DNA of 32,003 bases from an uncultured Clostridia bacterium. GTDB lineage: Bacteria > Bacillota > Clostridia > RGIG6154. Under the pieces are notes generated by a model, which saw nothing but the letters and a program-made list of their open reading frames with translations, made no database searches and was not told where the DNA came from. The stretch is from NCBI GenBank assembly GCA_944388555.1, contig CALXJH010000128.1, positions 1 to 32,003 of the forward strand, written 5' to 3'. Below are positions 8,337 to 16,325 of this stretch, piece after piece. Each line of letters begins with the position of its first letter. Position 1 is the stretch's first letter. The translations under genes were made by a program, and so were the position numbers.

Positions 8337-9098
8337 ATGTTTGCATTAGAACGGCAGAAAAAAATTTTAGAAATATTAAAAGAATCCGGCGCTGTCTGGG
8401 TCAGCAAGTTAAGTGATGAACTGGGTGTTACCGAAGAAACTGTGCGCCGGGATTTAGAAAAATTAGAAGCCAAAGAACTTTTAATTCGCACACACGGCGG
8501 CGCAATCCCGATTGAAGAAGCAAAGCTCGAGCTATCTCTGGAAAAACGAAAACACACCAACACAGATATTAAAGCAAAACTTGCAAAAGAAGCGGTCAAA
8601 TCCATTGTCCCCGGAGATACGGTTTTTTTAGACGCCTCTACCACAACTTTTTATTTGTCAAAGGAGTTAAAGGCGTTAAAGAATGTTACGATTATTACAA
8701 CATCGATTCGTATCATCGATGAACTGAAAGACCAAAAAAATCTTAAGGTAATTTCAGTTGGCGGGTATGTGAGCGAGAATCAATCCTTGGTAGGAAACTT
8801 AGCAGAACAAAATATCATTCATTATTTTTACGCGGATAAAATGTTTTTCAGCAGCCGAGGCATTACAAAAAACGGAGGTATTTTAGAGAGCAACGAACAG
8901 GAATGTTCCATCAAACAAAAAATGCTCAAAAATTCAACCGAAAAGTTTTATTTATGCGACAGTTCTAAAATTGGAAGAATCGGCTTTGCCAAGCTTGCGC
9001 AGCTAAATGAGATCGACCATATTATTACAGACAGTGAACTGGATGAAGATTGGCATGCCTTATGCGCGGAAAATCAAGTGCAGTTAACAAAGATTTAA
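8337..9098 (+). CDS. DeoR/GlpR family transcriptional regulator of the BMC locus
   Basis: HTH motif VTEETVRRDL..LE...RTHGGA and sensor-domain motif FLDASTT. Confidence 0.93.
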   Translation: MFALERQKKILEILKESGAVWVSKLSDELGVTEETVRRDLEKLEAKELLIRTHGGAIPIEEAKLELSLEKRKHTNTDIKAKLAKEAVKSIVPGDTVFLDASTTTFYLSKELKALKNVTIITTSIRIIDELKDQKNLKVISVGGYVSENQSLVGNLAEQNIIHYFYADKMFFSSRGITKNGGILESNEQECSIKQKMLKNSTEKFYLCDSSKIGRIGFAKLAQLNEIDHIITDSELDEDWHALCAENQVQLTKI

Positions 9099-9111
9099 TT
9101 GAGAATATAAG

Positions 9112-9139
9112 AACCTCTTGTTTGGACAAGAGGTTTTTT
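9112..9139 (+). terminator. Rho-independent terminator ending the BMC operon
   Basis: AACCTCTTGT-ttgg-ACAAGAGGTT followed by TTTT. Confidence 0.85.
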
Positions 9140-9197
9140 ATACCCATTTATTCTATCTGTCAATGTTTTTTCTTCTCCTACTCATATTTTAAAAAAT

Positions 9198-9235
9198 AAA
9201 AAAAGGAACAAGCAATATAAACAAAAGCTTGTTCC
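9198..9235 (-). terminator. Rho-independent terminator of the aldo/keto reductase gene
   Basis: GGAACAAGC...GCTTGTTCC stem with a minus-strand U-tract. Confidence 0.7.
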
Positions 9236-9280
9236 GTGCCTGTTAAACATCGTACTATCCTATAAACTACGGTCTGAAAA

Positions 9281-10198
9281 TTACGGAAGTTTATATCCTG
9301 CCGCTAAATAGATTTTATACCAGTCTTCCGCTGATAATTCTATATCGCTCGCTTTGGCTATCTGTTTGAGTCTATCTATATTTGTGCTTCCAACCACCGG
9401 CTGCATTTTCTCAGGCAAACGTAATAGCCAGGCAATCGCCATTCCTGTATCTGTAACGTCATATTTTTCAGCCATTTCTGTAATAATTTTGTTTGTTTTA
9501 TCAAAAATCGGGTTGTTTAAAAACGGACCTTCAATAAAGCCGTGTTGAAGCGGCGACCAGGGTTGAATGGTTATATCCTTTATTCTGCAATAATCTCTCA
9601 CATAACCATCTCTGTTCACGCCGTCTGTATTATCTATATTTACATTAGCACCACTGCTTATCATTCCGGCATTTACAACACTTAATTGGAGCTGATTGAT
9701 TTTTAAATCCTGCTTTACGTATTTTTTAAGCAGCTCTATTTGCATCGGACTATGGTTGGAAACACCAAAAGCAACCACCTTGCCGCTTTGTTCCAGCTCG
9801 TCAAACGCCTCTGCAACTTCAGCAGGATCCATAAGAAGATCTGGGCGGTGCAACAACAGTACATCAATTTTTTCGCAGGATAAACGCTTTAAAGATTGAT
9901 CAACAGAAGAAACAATATGTTCTTTGCTGAAATCATACATGCCTTTTTTTATTCCACATTTCGTTTGAATAACCATTTTATCCCGCAAGGATGGATCGCG
10001 TTTTAACGCACCACCGAAAACTTCTTCACATTTTCCGCCACCATAAATATCCGCATGGTCGAAGTAGTTATACCCCAATTCCAAAGCTGTATTTATATAC
10101 ATGTCTATCTGATGCTCTGTCATACTGCCGATCCGCATACACCCAAGTGCCACCTGCGAAACCGGCGTATGCTTTAAAACTGTTTTGATATATTTCAT
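9281..10198 (-). CDS. Aldo/keto reductase (YdhF/YcsN-like)
   Basis: LGCMR, FDHADIYGGG.CE, QTKCGI, LLHRPD, FGVSN and WSPL motifs. Confidence 0.93.
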   Translation of the reverse strand: MKYIKTVLKHTPVSQVALGCMRIGSMTEHQIDMYINTALELGYNYFDHADIYGGGKCEEVFGGALKRDPSLRDKMVIQTKCGIKKGMYDFSKEHIVSSVDQSLKRLSCEKIDVLLLHRPDLLMDPAEVAEAFDELEQSGKVVAFGVSNHSPMQIELLKKYVKQDLKINQLQLSVVNAGMISSGANVNIDNTDGVNRDGYVRDYCRIKDITIQPWSPLQHGFIEGPFLNNPIFDKTNKIITEMAEKYDVTDTGMAIAWLLRLPEKMQPVVGSTNIDRLKQIAKASDIELSAEDWYKIYLAAGYKLP

Positions 10199-10223
10199 AT
10201 TCCCTGCCTCCTTATTTTTTTAC

Positions 10224-10252
10224 ATTGTATCACAGAACTACCTTTTGCGCAA
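10224..10252 (-). promoter_or_regulatory. Sigma-A promoter of the aldo/keto reductase gene
   Basis: TTGCGC-17 nt-TACAAT with an extended -10 TG. Confidence 0.65.
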
Positions 10253-10452
10253 TAAAAATGCTGCTTCTTTTTTACAAAAACAAATCTCCTATAACTCAAG
10301 ATAGTTTGGCTTTGTTTGAAAAAAGTAAATAAAAAAGCACCGCACATTATTTGGATCAATGGTCTTGCGGCGTTCAAAGCATCGCACCGCTTAGAATTCA
10401 CACCATACTTGCTAGCCATTGCTTATTTCTTTAACTTGCTGCATGAAAAATT

Positions 10453-10487
10453 AAAATCGGCAAGGTTCTAAACACTCTTGCCGATTT
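10453..10487 (-). terminator. Terminator downstream of the HsdR_N gene
   Basis: AAATCGGCAAG...CTTGCCGATTT stem followed by TAATTTTT on the minus strand. Confidence 0.65.
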
Positions 10488-10558
10488 GTGGTAAACGATA
10501 TTAACAAAAAACGCTTTTTTAATTATAATATTTATCCTTCTTTAAACACGCATGTCTG

Positions 10559-11626
10559 TTATGAAATAGACTTTGCCCGTTCTTTTAAAACAGTTGCAAG
10601 TCCATATATATCATTTATAGATTCAATAACATATTTTTTTAATTCATCACCTTCGGGTATCACAAGATATTTGATATGCTCTTTGAGATATATGCGACTT
10701 ATCCATCTTGTAACCTTTCCATCAAGAAAAACAGTGAAGTAACTGGCCGTATCTTTATATGTAATTCGGTTTAAATCCAGCTCGTTGCCTAATATAGATT
10801 TTATGATATAAAATGACTGTAATTCTTCGGCAGTCGTAACGATACCAGATATATCATTTTCCGGGCTATCTGCCTCGTTATTTGGAGCATTAACATTAGG
10901 TTCAGACTTGCTCGTATCTAAGTTTAATGCATTTTTAATTTTATCGTTAACCAGATCATTCAGATATAGCGAAATAGATTTTCTAACTATAGGCTTAAAT
11001 TTATCCAAAATTGCTTGCGTAAAACGACCTTCATATATGTCCGAGGATAAGACTAATTTGACAAAATCATCAGAAGGATTTGAAAACTGATCTTTAAGAA
11101 ATTGCTTTATTAAGCTGCAGTATTTCAAATCTGACGCAGTATTTATTATATTTTCAATATCAAAAGATGCTTTTTCAAATTTTTTCAATTCGACAATGTC
11201 ACTGTCTCGTAAATTGCATAAATCTATTGTCATAAAAGGCGTTATATCCATTTTATTAGGTTCTTCCAAATCCGTATAAAATTTGTAAATTATTCCATTT
11301 GTAAGTATGGCAAATTTAGCAGTGGAAACACCAAAATATCGAAACAGTTGCGAATCATGTTTTTCAAGTTGCTGATTTACACTTTTGGCTTCAACCAAGA
11401 TTGTTGGCTGACCGTTAATCACAATTGCATAATCCACTTTTTCTCCTTTTTTGATCCCAACGTCGGCAACATATTCCGGAACGAACTCAGTTGGGTTAAA
11501 AACATCATAGCCTAGCAACGAGAAAAAGGGCATAATTAAAGAAGTTTTTGTTGCTTCTTCAGTAAATATACTGTCGCGCATTGTATCAATGCGTTCTACA
11601 AAAGATTTAATTTTTTCTTCAAACAT
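10559..11626 (-). CDS. Stand-alone HsdR N-terminal-domain (PD-(D/E)xK) nuclease-like protein
   Basis: EEATKTSLIMPF..LGYDVFNP.E..PEY, KVDYAI...ILVEAK, QLFRYF and ILTNG motifs; no helicase motifs; AT-rich. Confidence 0.85.
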   Translation of the reverse strand: MFEEKIKSFVERIDTMRDSIFTEEATKTSLIMPFFSLLGYDVFNPTEFVPEYVADVGIKKGEKVDYAIVINGQPTILVEAKSVNQQLEKHDSQLFRYFGVSTAKFAILTNGIIYKFYTDLEEPNKMDITPFMTIDLCNLRDSDIVELKKFEKASFDIENIINTASDLKYCSLIKQFLKDQFSNPSDDFVKLVLSSDIYEGRFTQAILDKFKPIVRKSISLYLNDLVNDKIKNALNLDTSKSEPNVNAPNNEADSPENDISGIVTTAEELQSFYIIKSILGNELDLNRITYKDTASYFTVFLDGKVTRWISRIYLKEHIKYLVIPEGDELKKYVIESINDIYGLATVLKERAKSIS

Positions 11627-11900
11627 ACTACTTTCCCCTTTATTTTTTTTATTTTGTTTTTATTATTTTTTATATACCCATATAAATTATTGTTTTATCA
11701 AAAGTACCCATCTATCTGATTTTCTCTTTTTTAATAGTTTTAAAGTATACCAATTGTAACTCATAATAATTTGCATAGTTATGCCATGCTTTTTAGGTGC
11801 TTCGTTCCATCGAGTTAATTTCTAAGGATTGGAAAGTTTTATGGGTTTAATTCTGCGTATATTAAAACATAAAAATTGCCTCTATTGTTGTTACAAGTTA

Positions 11901-11929
11901 ATTATATCTCATCAAATGACACAATGCAA
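11901..11929 (-). promoter_or_regulatory. Sigma-A promoter about 270 nt upstream of the HsdR_N gene
   Basis: TTGCAT-17 nt-TATAAT. Confidence 0.6.
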
Positions 11930-12131
11930 CACTTTTTTAGAGAATTTTAAAAAGTTGCTTTTCTGCTAAAAACAAACACGACATTACATCAAAATTACAC
12001 AAATCACAAAATAAAACCCTTCATGCAAACACAGAAAAAGTAAAAATACATAGATAGAATTATTTAAAAAGTATAGCATAAATACGTTATCTAAACATGG
12101 GGAAAGCAACAAAATATATTTTTCTGCAAAG

Positions 12132-12165
12132 AAAAATCGGAACGGAGAAAAATCCGTTCCGATTT
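12132..12165 (-). terminator. Terminator immediately after tRNA-Arg
   Basis: AAATCGGAACGGA-loop-TCCGTTCCGATTT followed by TTCTTT. Confidence 0.85.
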
Positions 12166-12241
12166 GGCACGCCCGGAGGGATTCGAACCCCCGACCTTTT
12201 GGTTCGTAGCCAAACACTCTATCCAGCTGAGCTACGGGCGC
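12165..12241 (-). tRNA. tRNA-Arg(ACG)
   Basis: GCGCCCGTAGCTCAGCTGGATAGAGTGTTTGGCTACGAACCAAAAGGTCGGGGGTTCGAATCCCTCCGGGCGTGCCA folds as a cloverleaf with anticodon ACG and an encoded CCA. Confidence 0.98.
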
Positions 12242-12265
12242 ATATTCATTTTTAACAGCTTTATT

Positions 12266-12294
12266 ATTGTATCACAATCTTTTCCAAAAATCAA
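12266..12294 (-). promoter_or_regulatory. Sigma-A promoter of tRNA-Arg
   Basis: TTGATT-17 nt-TACAAT with an extended TG. Confidence 0.7.
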
Positions 12295-12334
12295 GTCTAT
12301 TTTTAAAATTTTTATTTTTTTTGCGAAAAAGGTG

Positions 12335-12363
12335 TTGATATCCATGCGTAAATGTGATAAAAT
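12335..12363 (+). promoter_or_regulatory. Sigma-A promoter of the yebC operon, divergent from the tRNA
   Basis: TTGATA-17 nt-TAAAAT with an extended TG. Confidence 0.75.
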
Positions 12364-12410
12364 GTATGCTGTTATAGAATGTATATTTATTTTGAAAGGA
12401 TGAAAACCAC

Positions 12411-13139
12411 ATGTCAGGACATTCCAAATGGAATAATATTAAAAACAAAAAGGAAAAAAGTGACAGCCAGAGAGCCAAAATCTTTACAAAATTCGGCAGA
12501 GAAATTGCTGTTGCTGTAAAAGAAGGCGGTCCGGACCCTGACGCAAATTCAAAATTAAGAGATGTCATTGCAAAAGCAAAGGCACAAAATGTGCCTAATG
12601 AAAATATTATGCGCAGTATTAAAAAAGCTGCCGGCGATAACGGCGGCGCTGACTATGAAAGCATCATTTACGAAGGCTACGGTCCGAGCGGCGTAGCAGT
12701 GATTGTTGAGACTTTGACCGAAAATAGAAATCGTACTGCTTCAGACGTTCGCCATTGTTTTGATAAATGCGGCGGCAATTTGGGAACCGTTGGCTGCGTT
12801 AGCTTTATGTTCGATAAAAAGGGCGTTATCATTATTGATAATGAAGACGGCGAACTGGACGAAGATACCGTTATGATGGACGCCTTAGACGCCGGTGCAA
12901 GTGATTTTTCAGCAGAAGATGGTTATTTTGAAATCTTGACTGAACCGGAAGAATTTGGCGTCATTTGCGATGCACTGGAACAGAAAGGCTATGCGTTTTC
13001 GCAGGCAGAAGTAGAATATGTACCGCAGACCACTGTACAGCTTACCGATGAAACCGCTATAAAAAATATGAATAAACTCATTGATATGCTGGAAGACAGT
13101 GATGATGTGCAAAACATTTCCCATAACTGGGAGGAATAA
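12411..13139 (+). CDS. yebC: YebC/PmpR family protein
   Basis: MSGHSKWNNIK, YEGYGPSG, NRNRTA and DDVQNI motifs. Confidence 0.97.
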   Translation: MSGHSKWNNIKNKKEKSDSQRAKIFTKFGREIAVAVKEGGPDPDANSKLRDVIAKAKAQNVPNENIMRSIKKAAGDNGGADYESIIYEGYGPSGVAVIVETLTENRNRTASDVRHCFDKCGGNLGTVGCVSFMFDKKGVIIIDNEDGELDEDTVMMDALDAGASDFSAEDGYFEILTEPEEFGVICDALEQKGYAFSQAEVEYVPQTTVQLTDETAIKNMNKLIDMLEDSDDVQNISHNWEE

Positions 13140-13142
13140 TGC

Positions 13143-13640
13143 ATGTCCAGACTCAATATTGTGCTGATTGAACCGCAGATTCCTCAAAACACCGGAAATA
13201 TTGCAAGAACTTGCGCCGCTACAAACGCGGTACTGCATCTTGTTGGTCCGATGGGCTTTAAAATTGACGATAAAAAACTAAAAAGAGCAGGTTTAGATTA
13301 CTGGCATCTCATGGAGATTCATACGTATGAGAATACAGAAACTTTTTTCAATCAGCATCCGCACGATACGTTTTTTTACTATACCACAAAAGGATTAAAC
13401 CGCCATACGGATATACAGTATCCGGATAATTGTTACCTGGTTTTTGGAAGAGAAGACGCCGGATTGCCCGAAGCGCTCTTATATGCAAATAAAGAACATT
13501 GCGTCCGGGTCCCAATGCAGAACGACGCCCGCAGCTTAAATCTTTCCAACACCGTTGCCATCGCGGTTTATGAAACTCTGCGACAATGGAATTATCCAGA
13601 ATTAAAAACAGAAGGAAAATTAACGAAATATAACTGGTAA
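13143..13640 (+). CDS. trmL: tRNA (cytidine/uridine(34)-2'-O)-methyltransferase (SPOUT)
   Basis: EPQIPQNTGNIARTC, RAGLDYW, FGREDAGLP and RSLNLSN motifs. Confidence 0.95.
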   Translation: MSRLNIVLIEPQIPQNTGNIARTCAATNAVLHLVGPMGFKIDDKKLKRAGLDYWHLMEIHTYENTETFFNQHPHDTFFYYTTKGLNRHTDIQYPDNCYLVFGREDAGLPEALLYANKEHCVRVPMQNDARSLNLSNTVAIAVYETLRQWNYPELKTEGKLTKYNW

Positions 13641-13656
13641 ATAAGGAGCGTTCAAA

Positions 13657-14448
13657 ATGAAATTTGGTGTTTGCGCCGGCGTTACACCCGACACAATAGA
13701 AACAGCAAAAAAAATCATAGATATCGGTTATGATTTTATTGAAACAAATATTGGATGCGTAGTTTCCATGACAGATGACGAGATTGAGTACTGTGCGGAG
13801 CTGCAGAAAATAAACGGAATTACAACGCCTTGTGCGAATCTCCTGTTCCCCGGCTGGAAATTGAATCGAACCATTCATTTAACAGGCCCCGAACGGGATA
13901 TTGAATGGGAAAATACATATATGAATATGCTTATGCCGCGCTGTGCAAAACTTGGACTTAAAGTCTTAGTTTTCGGATCAGGCGGCGCGCGGAATATGCC
14001 GGATGGATATGATCCTGGCATCGCTTTTTCTGAACTTACAGATTTATGCCGGCGGTTAGGAGAATGTGCCGCAAAATACGATATAACCATTGCGATTGAA
14101 CCCTTGCGCAAACAAGAATGTAATATTATTCAAACGGTACAGGACGGTTTTAAACTTGTAAATAGTGTGCAGCATCCAAACGTACGGCTTCTTGCAGATA
14201 TCTACCATATTTATAATAATAAAGAAACTATAGACTATCCCCAGGCATTGGTCGATTCGCTGACACACGTACACTGGGCAGACCCTTCTACACGTGCTTA
14301 TCCGACCATATCTACACCGGAAATGCAAAGCTTGGCGGATGTCTTAAACCAAAAAGGATATAATAAAACAATCAGCATAGAAGGCGAAGCAAAAAATCTT
14401 TTAGATGACGCCGTTCTTGCTTTAAATACTCTAAAAAAACTTTTTTAA
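13657..14448 (+). CDS. Sugar phosphate isomerase/epimerase, xylose-isomerase-like TIM barrel
   Basis: VFGSGGAR, IAIEPL, LADIYH, HVH and SIE metal-ligand pattern. Confidence 0.85.
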   Translation: MKFGVCAGVTPDTIETAKKIIDIGYDFIETNIGCVVSMTDDEIEYCAELQKINGITTPCANLLFPGWKLNRTIHLTGPERDIEWENTYMNMLMPRCAKLGLKVLVFGSGGARNMPDGYDPGIAFSELTDLCRRLGECAAKYDITIAIEPLRKQECNIIQTVQDGFKLVNSVQHPNVRLLADIYHIYNNKETIDYPQALVDSLTHVHWADPSTRAYPTISTPEMQSLADVLNQKGYNKTISIEGEAKNLLDDAVLALNTLKKLF

Positions 14449-14467
14449 AAAACAAAGGAGGCATTGC

Positions 14468-15331
14468 ATGAAAATCGTTATCGTTACCGGAATGTCCGGC
14501 GCAGGAAAATCCAGCGCCATGAAATGTCTGGAAGATTTTGGGTATTACTGTATTGATAATATGCCTCCTGTTCTGATTCCTAAGTTTGTTGAAATATCTA
14601 TGAACGCCGGAGGTACCATCGACAAAGTTGCCCTAGTTACTGATATTCGCAGCAGAACCCTATTCTCGGACTTAATTAAAACATTAGACGAGATGGACGC
14701 GGGGGAACATAAATGCGAAGTTCTTTTCTTAGATGCTTCTGATGATGTTTTGATCAAGCGATATAAAGAAACAAGACGTCAGCATCCATTGTCAACGGAC
14801 GGGAAAATTATTGATGGAATCAACAAAGAACGTGAACTAATGGCCGCAGTACGGCAAAGAGCCGATCACATCATCAATACAACCAGCATGCTCACAAGAG
14901 ACTTACGGGAAGAGCTTGCTAATATTTATGTCGCCGGCGGGAGCTATGACGGACTTATACTCGACGTTATGTCTTTTGGTTACAAATATGGCATCCCAAA
15001 TGACGCTGATTTGGTTTTAGATGTACGTTTTCTGCCAAATCCTTTCTATGTTGCCGAACTCAAACACCAGACCGGTTTAAACAAATCTGTACAAGATTTT
15101 GTTTTAAACCATGAACAGACACAGACTTTTTTAAATAAAATCATTGATTTATTAGAGTATCTTATTCCCTATTACAAAGAAGAAGGGAAAAACCAATTGG
15201 TTATCGCAATCGGCTGTACCGGCGGCAAGCACCGCTCGGTTACAATTGCCGAAGTCATCAGTAAACGTTTAAAAAACTTAAACCACCGTGTGCTTACCCA
15301 TCATCGTGACATTGAAAAAGATAGCAAATAA
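14468..15331 (+). CDS. rapZ: RapZ/YvcJ P-loop nucleotide-binding protein
   Basis: TGMSGAGKS, CIDNMP, ETRR.HPL, SFGYKYG, DVRFLPNP and IGCTGGKHRSV motifs. Confidence 0.96.
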   Translation: MKIVIVTGMSGAGKSSAMKCLEDFGYYCIDNMPPVLIPKFVEISMNAGGTIDKVALVTDIRSRTLFSDLIKTLDEMDAGEHKCEVLFLDASDDVLIKRYKETRRQHPLSTDGKIIDGINKERELMAAVRQRADHIINTTSMLTRDLREELANIYVAGGSYDGLILDVMSFGYKYGIPNDADLVLDVRFLPNPFYVAELKHQTGLNKSVQDFVLNHEQTQTFLNKIIDLLEYLIPYYKEEGKNQLVIAIGCTGGKHRSVTIAEVISKRLKNLNHRVLTHHRDIEKDSK

Positions 15332-15338
15332 ACAAATA

Positions 15339-15377
15339 ACGCCTTATATTTTTTCGCAAAAATAAGGCGTCTTTTTT
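15339..15377 (+). terminator. Terminator-like hairpin between rapZ and whiA
   Basis: ACGCCTTAT...ATAAGGCGT followed by CTTTTTT. Confidence 0.6.
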
Positions 15378-15395
15378 CAAGAAGAAGGTGCAAAC

Positions 15396-16325
15396 ATGTC
15401 CTTTTCAACTGATATAAAAAATGAATTGTGTGCACTCAACATACATAAATCGTGCTGTATGCGTGCTGAGCTTTGCGCAATTATTTGTTTTGGCACCCAT
15501 ATACGTGACAATTGCTTGGTTTTACGCACTGAAAATCACGCATTTGCCGAAAGAATTGCCTATTTGACCGAAAAAATATTCCATTTTTCCCCAGTTATTA
15601 TTCACAAAACAACCCCCGGCCTTTTAGAAGTGCAGATTGCAGATGAAACTACGCTTTCTTCTGTCCTGACAACTTTTGATCTTGTAAAAAATTCACGGGA
15701 TATGAAAAACTTTGTTTCTTTTCATTTTCCTGATTTTATTTTACAAAATTCCTGTTGTCTGCACGCAGTTTTGCGCGGGGCTTTTTTAACGAGCGGTTCT
15801 TGCGCTGAACCCGAAAAGCGGTATCATTTGGAAATCTCCACCAACCATTTCAAGTTAAGCCGTGAATTTTTGAAAATTATGCAATCATTAGATATACAAG
15901 GCAAAATCATTGCCCGAAAAGCAAATTATGTCATATATCTCAAAGGCGCCGATTATATACATGATTTCTTAGGTTATGCCGGCGCTATGAAATCTGTTGT
16001 AGCATTAGAAGAAACCCGGGTGACAAAAGAATTTAAAAATACCATCAACCGTAAAACAAATTTTGAAGTTGCCAATCTTACAAAGACGGTATACGCGGGC
16101 AATGCCCAGATTGAGGCAATTGAGAAAATACAGCACACCATTGGACTTTCCTCTTTAGATGACAGTTTGCAGGAAGTAGCACTTTTACGCTTAGACCATC
16201 CGGACGCCTCTTTAAAAGATTTAAGCAAAATGCTGTCCATGCCTATCAGCAAATCAGGTATCAACCATCGTTTAAAAAAGCTGGTGGAAATTGCCGAAAA
16301 TTTACGAGGAGGTAAGCGGCTATGA
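15396..16325 (+). CDS. whiA: DNA-binding protein WhiA
   Basis: MSFS..IKNEL, LRGAFL..GS...P...YHLE, NR..NFE.ANL.KT and SKSGINHRL motifs. Confidence 0.95.
   Translation: MSFSTDIKNELCALNIHKSCCMRAELCAIICFGTHIRDNCLVLRTENHAFAERIAYLTEKIFHFSPVIIHKTTPGLLEVQIADETTLSSVLTTFDLVKNSRDMKNFVSFHFPDFILQNSCCLHAVLRGAFLTSGSCAEPEKRYHLEISTNHFKLSREFLKIMQSLDIQGKIIARKANYVIYLKGADYIHDFLGYAGAMKSVVALEETRVTKEFKNTINRKTNFEVANLTKTVYAGNAQIEAIEKIQHTIGLSSLDDSLQEVALLRLDHPDASLKDLSKMLSMPISKSGINHRLKKLVEIAENLRGGKRL

Noticed and set aside
10453-10500. Possible att-site duplication of the tRNA 3' end (both hairpins begin AAATCGG and end CCGATTTT)
   Set aside because: Only about 7-8 nt match per arm, the tRNA sequence itself is not repeated and no integrase is present.
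11984-12403. ORFs 11984-12217 (-) and 12164-12403 (+)
   Set aside because: They overlap tRNA-Arg, its terminator and promoters; they are translation artefacts.
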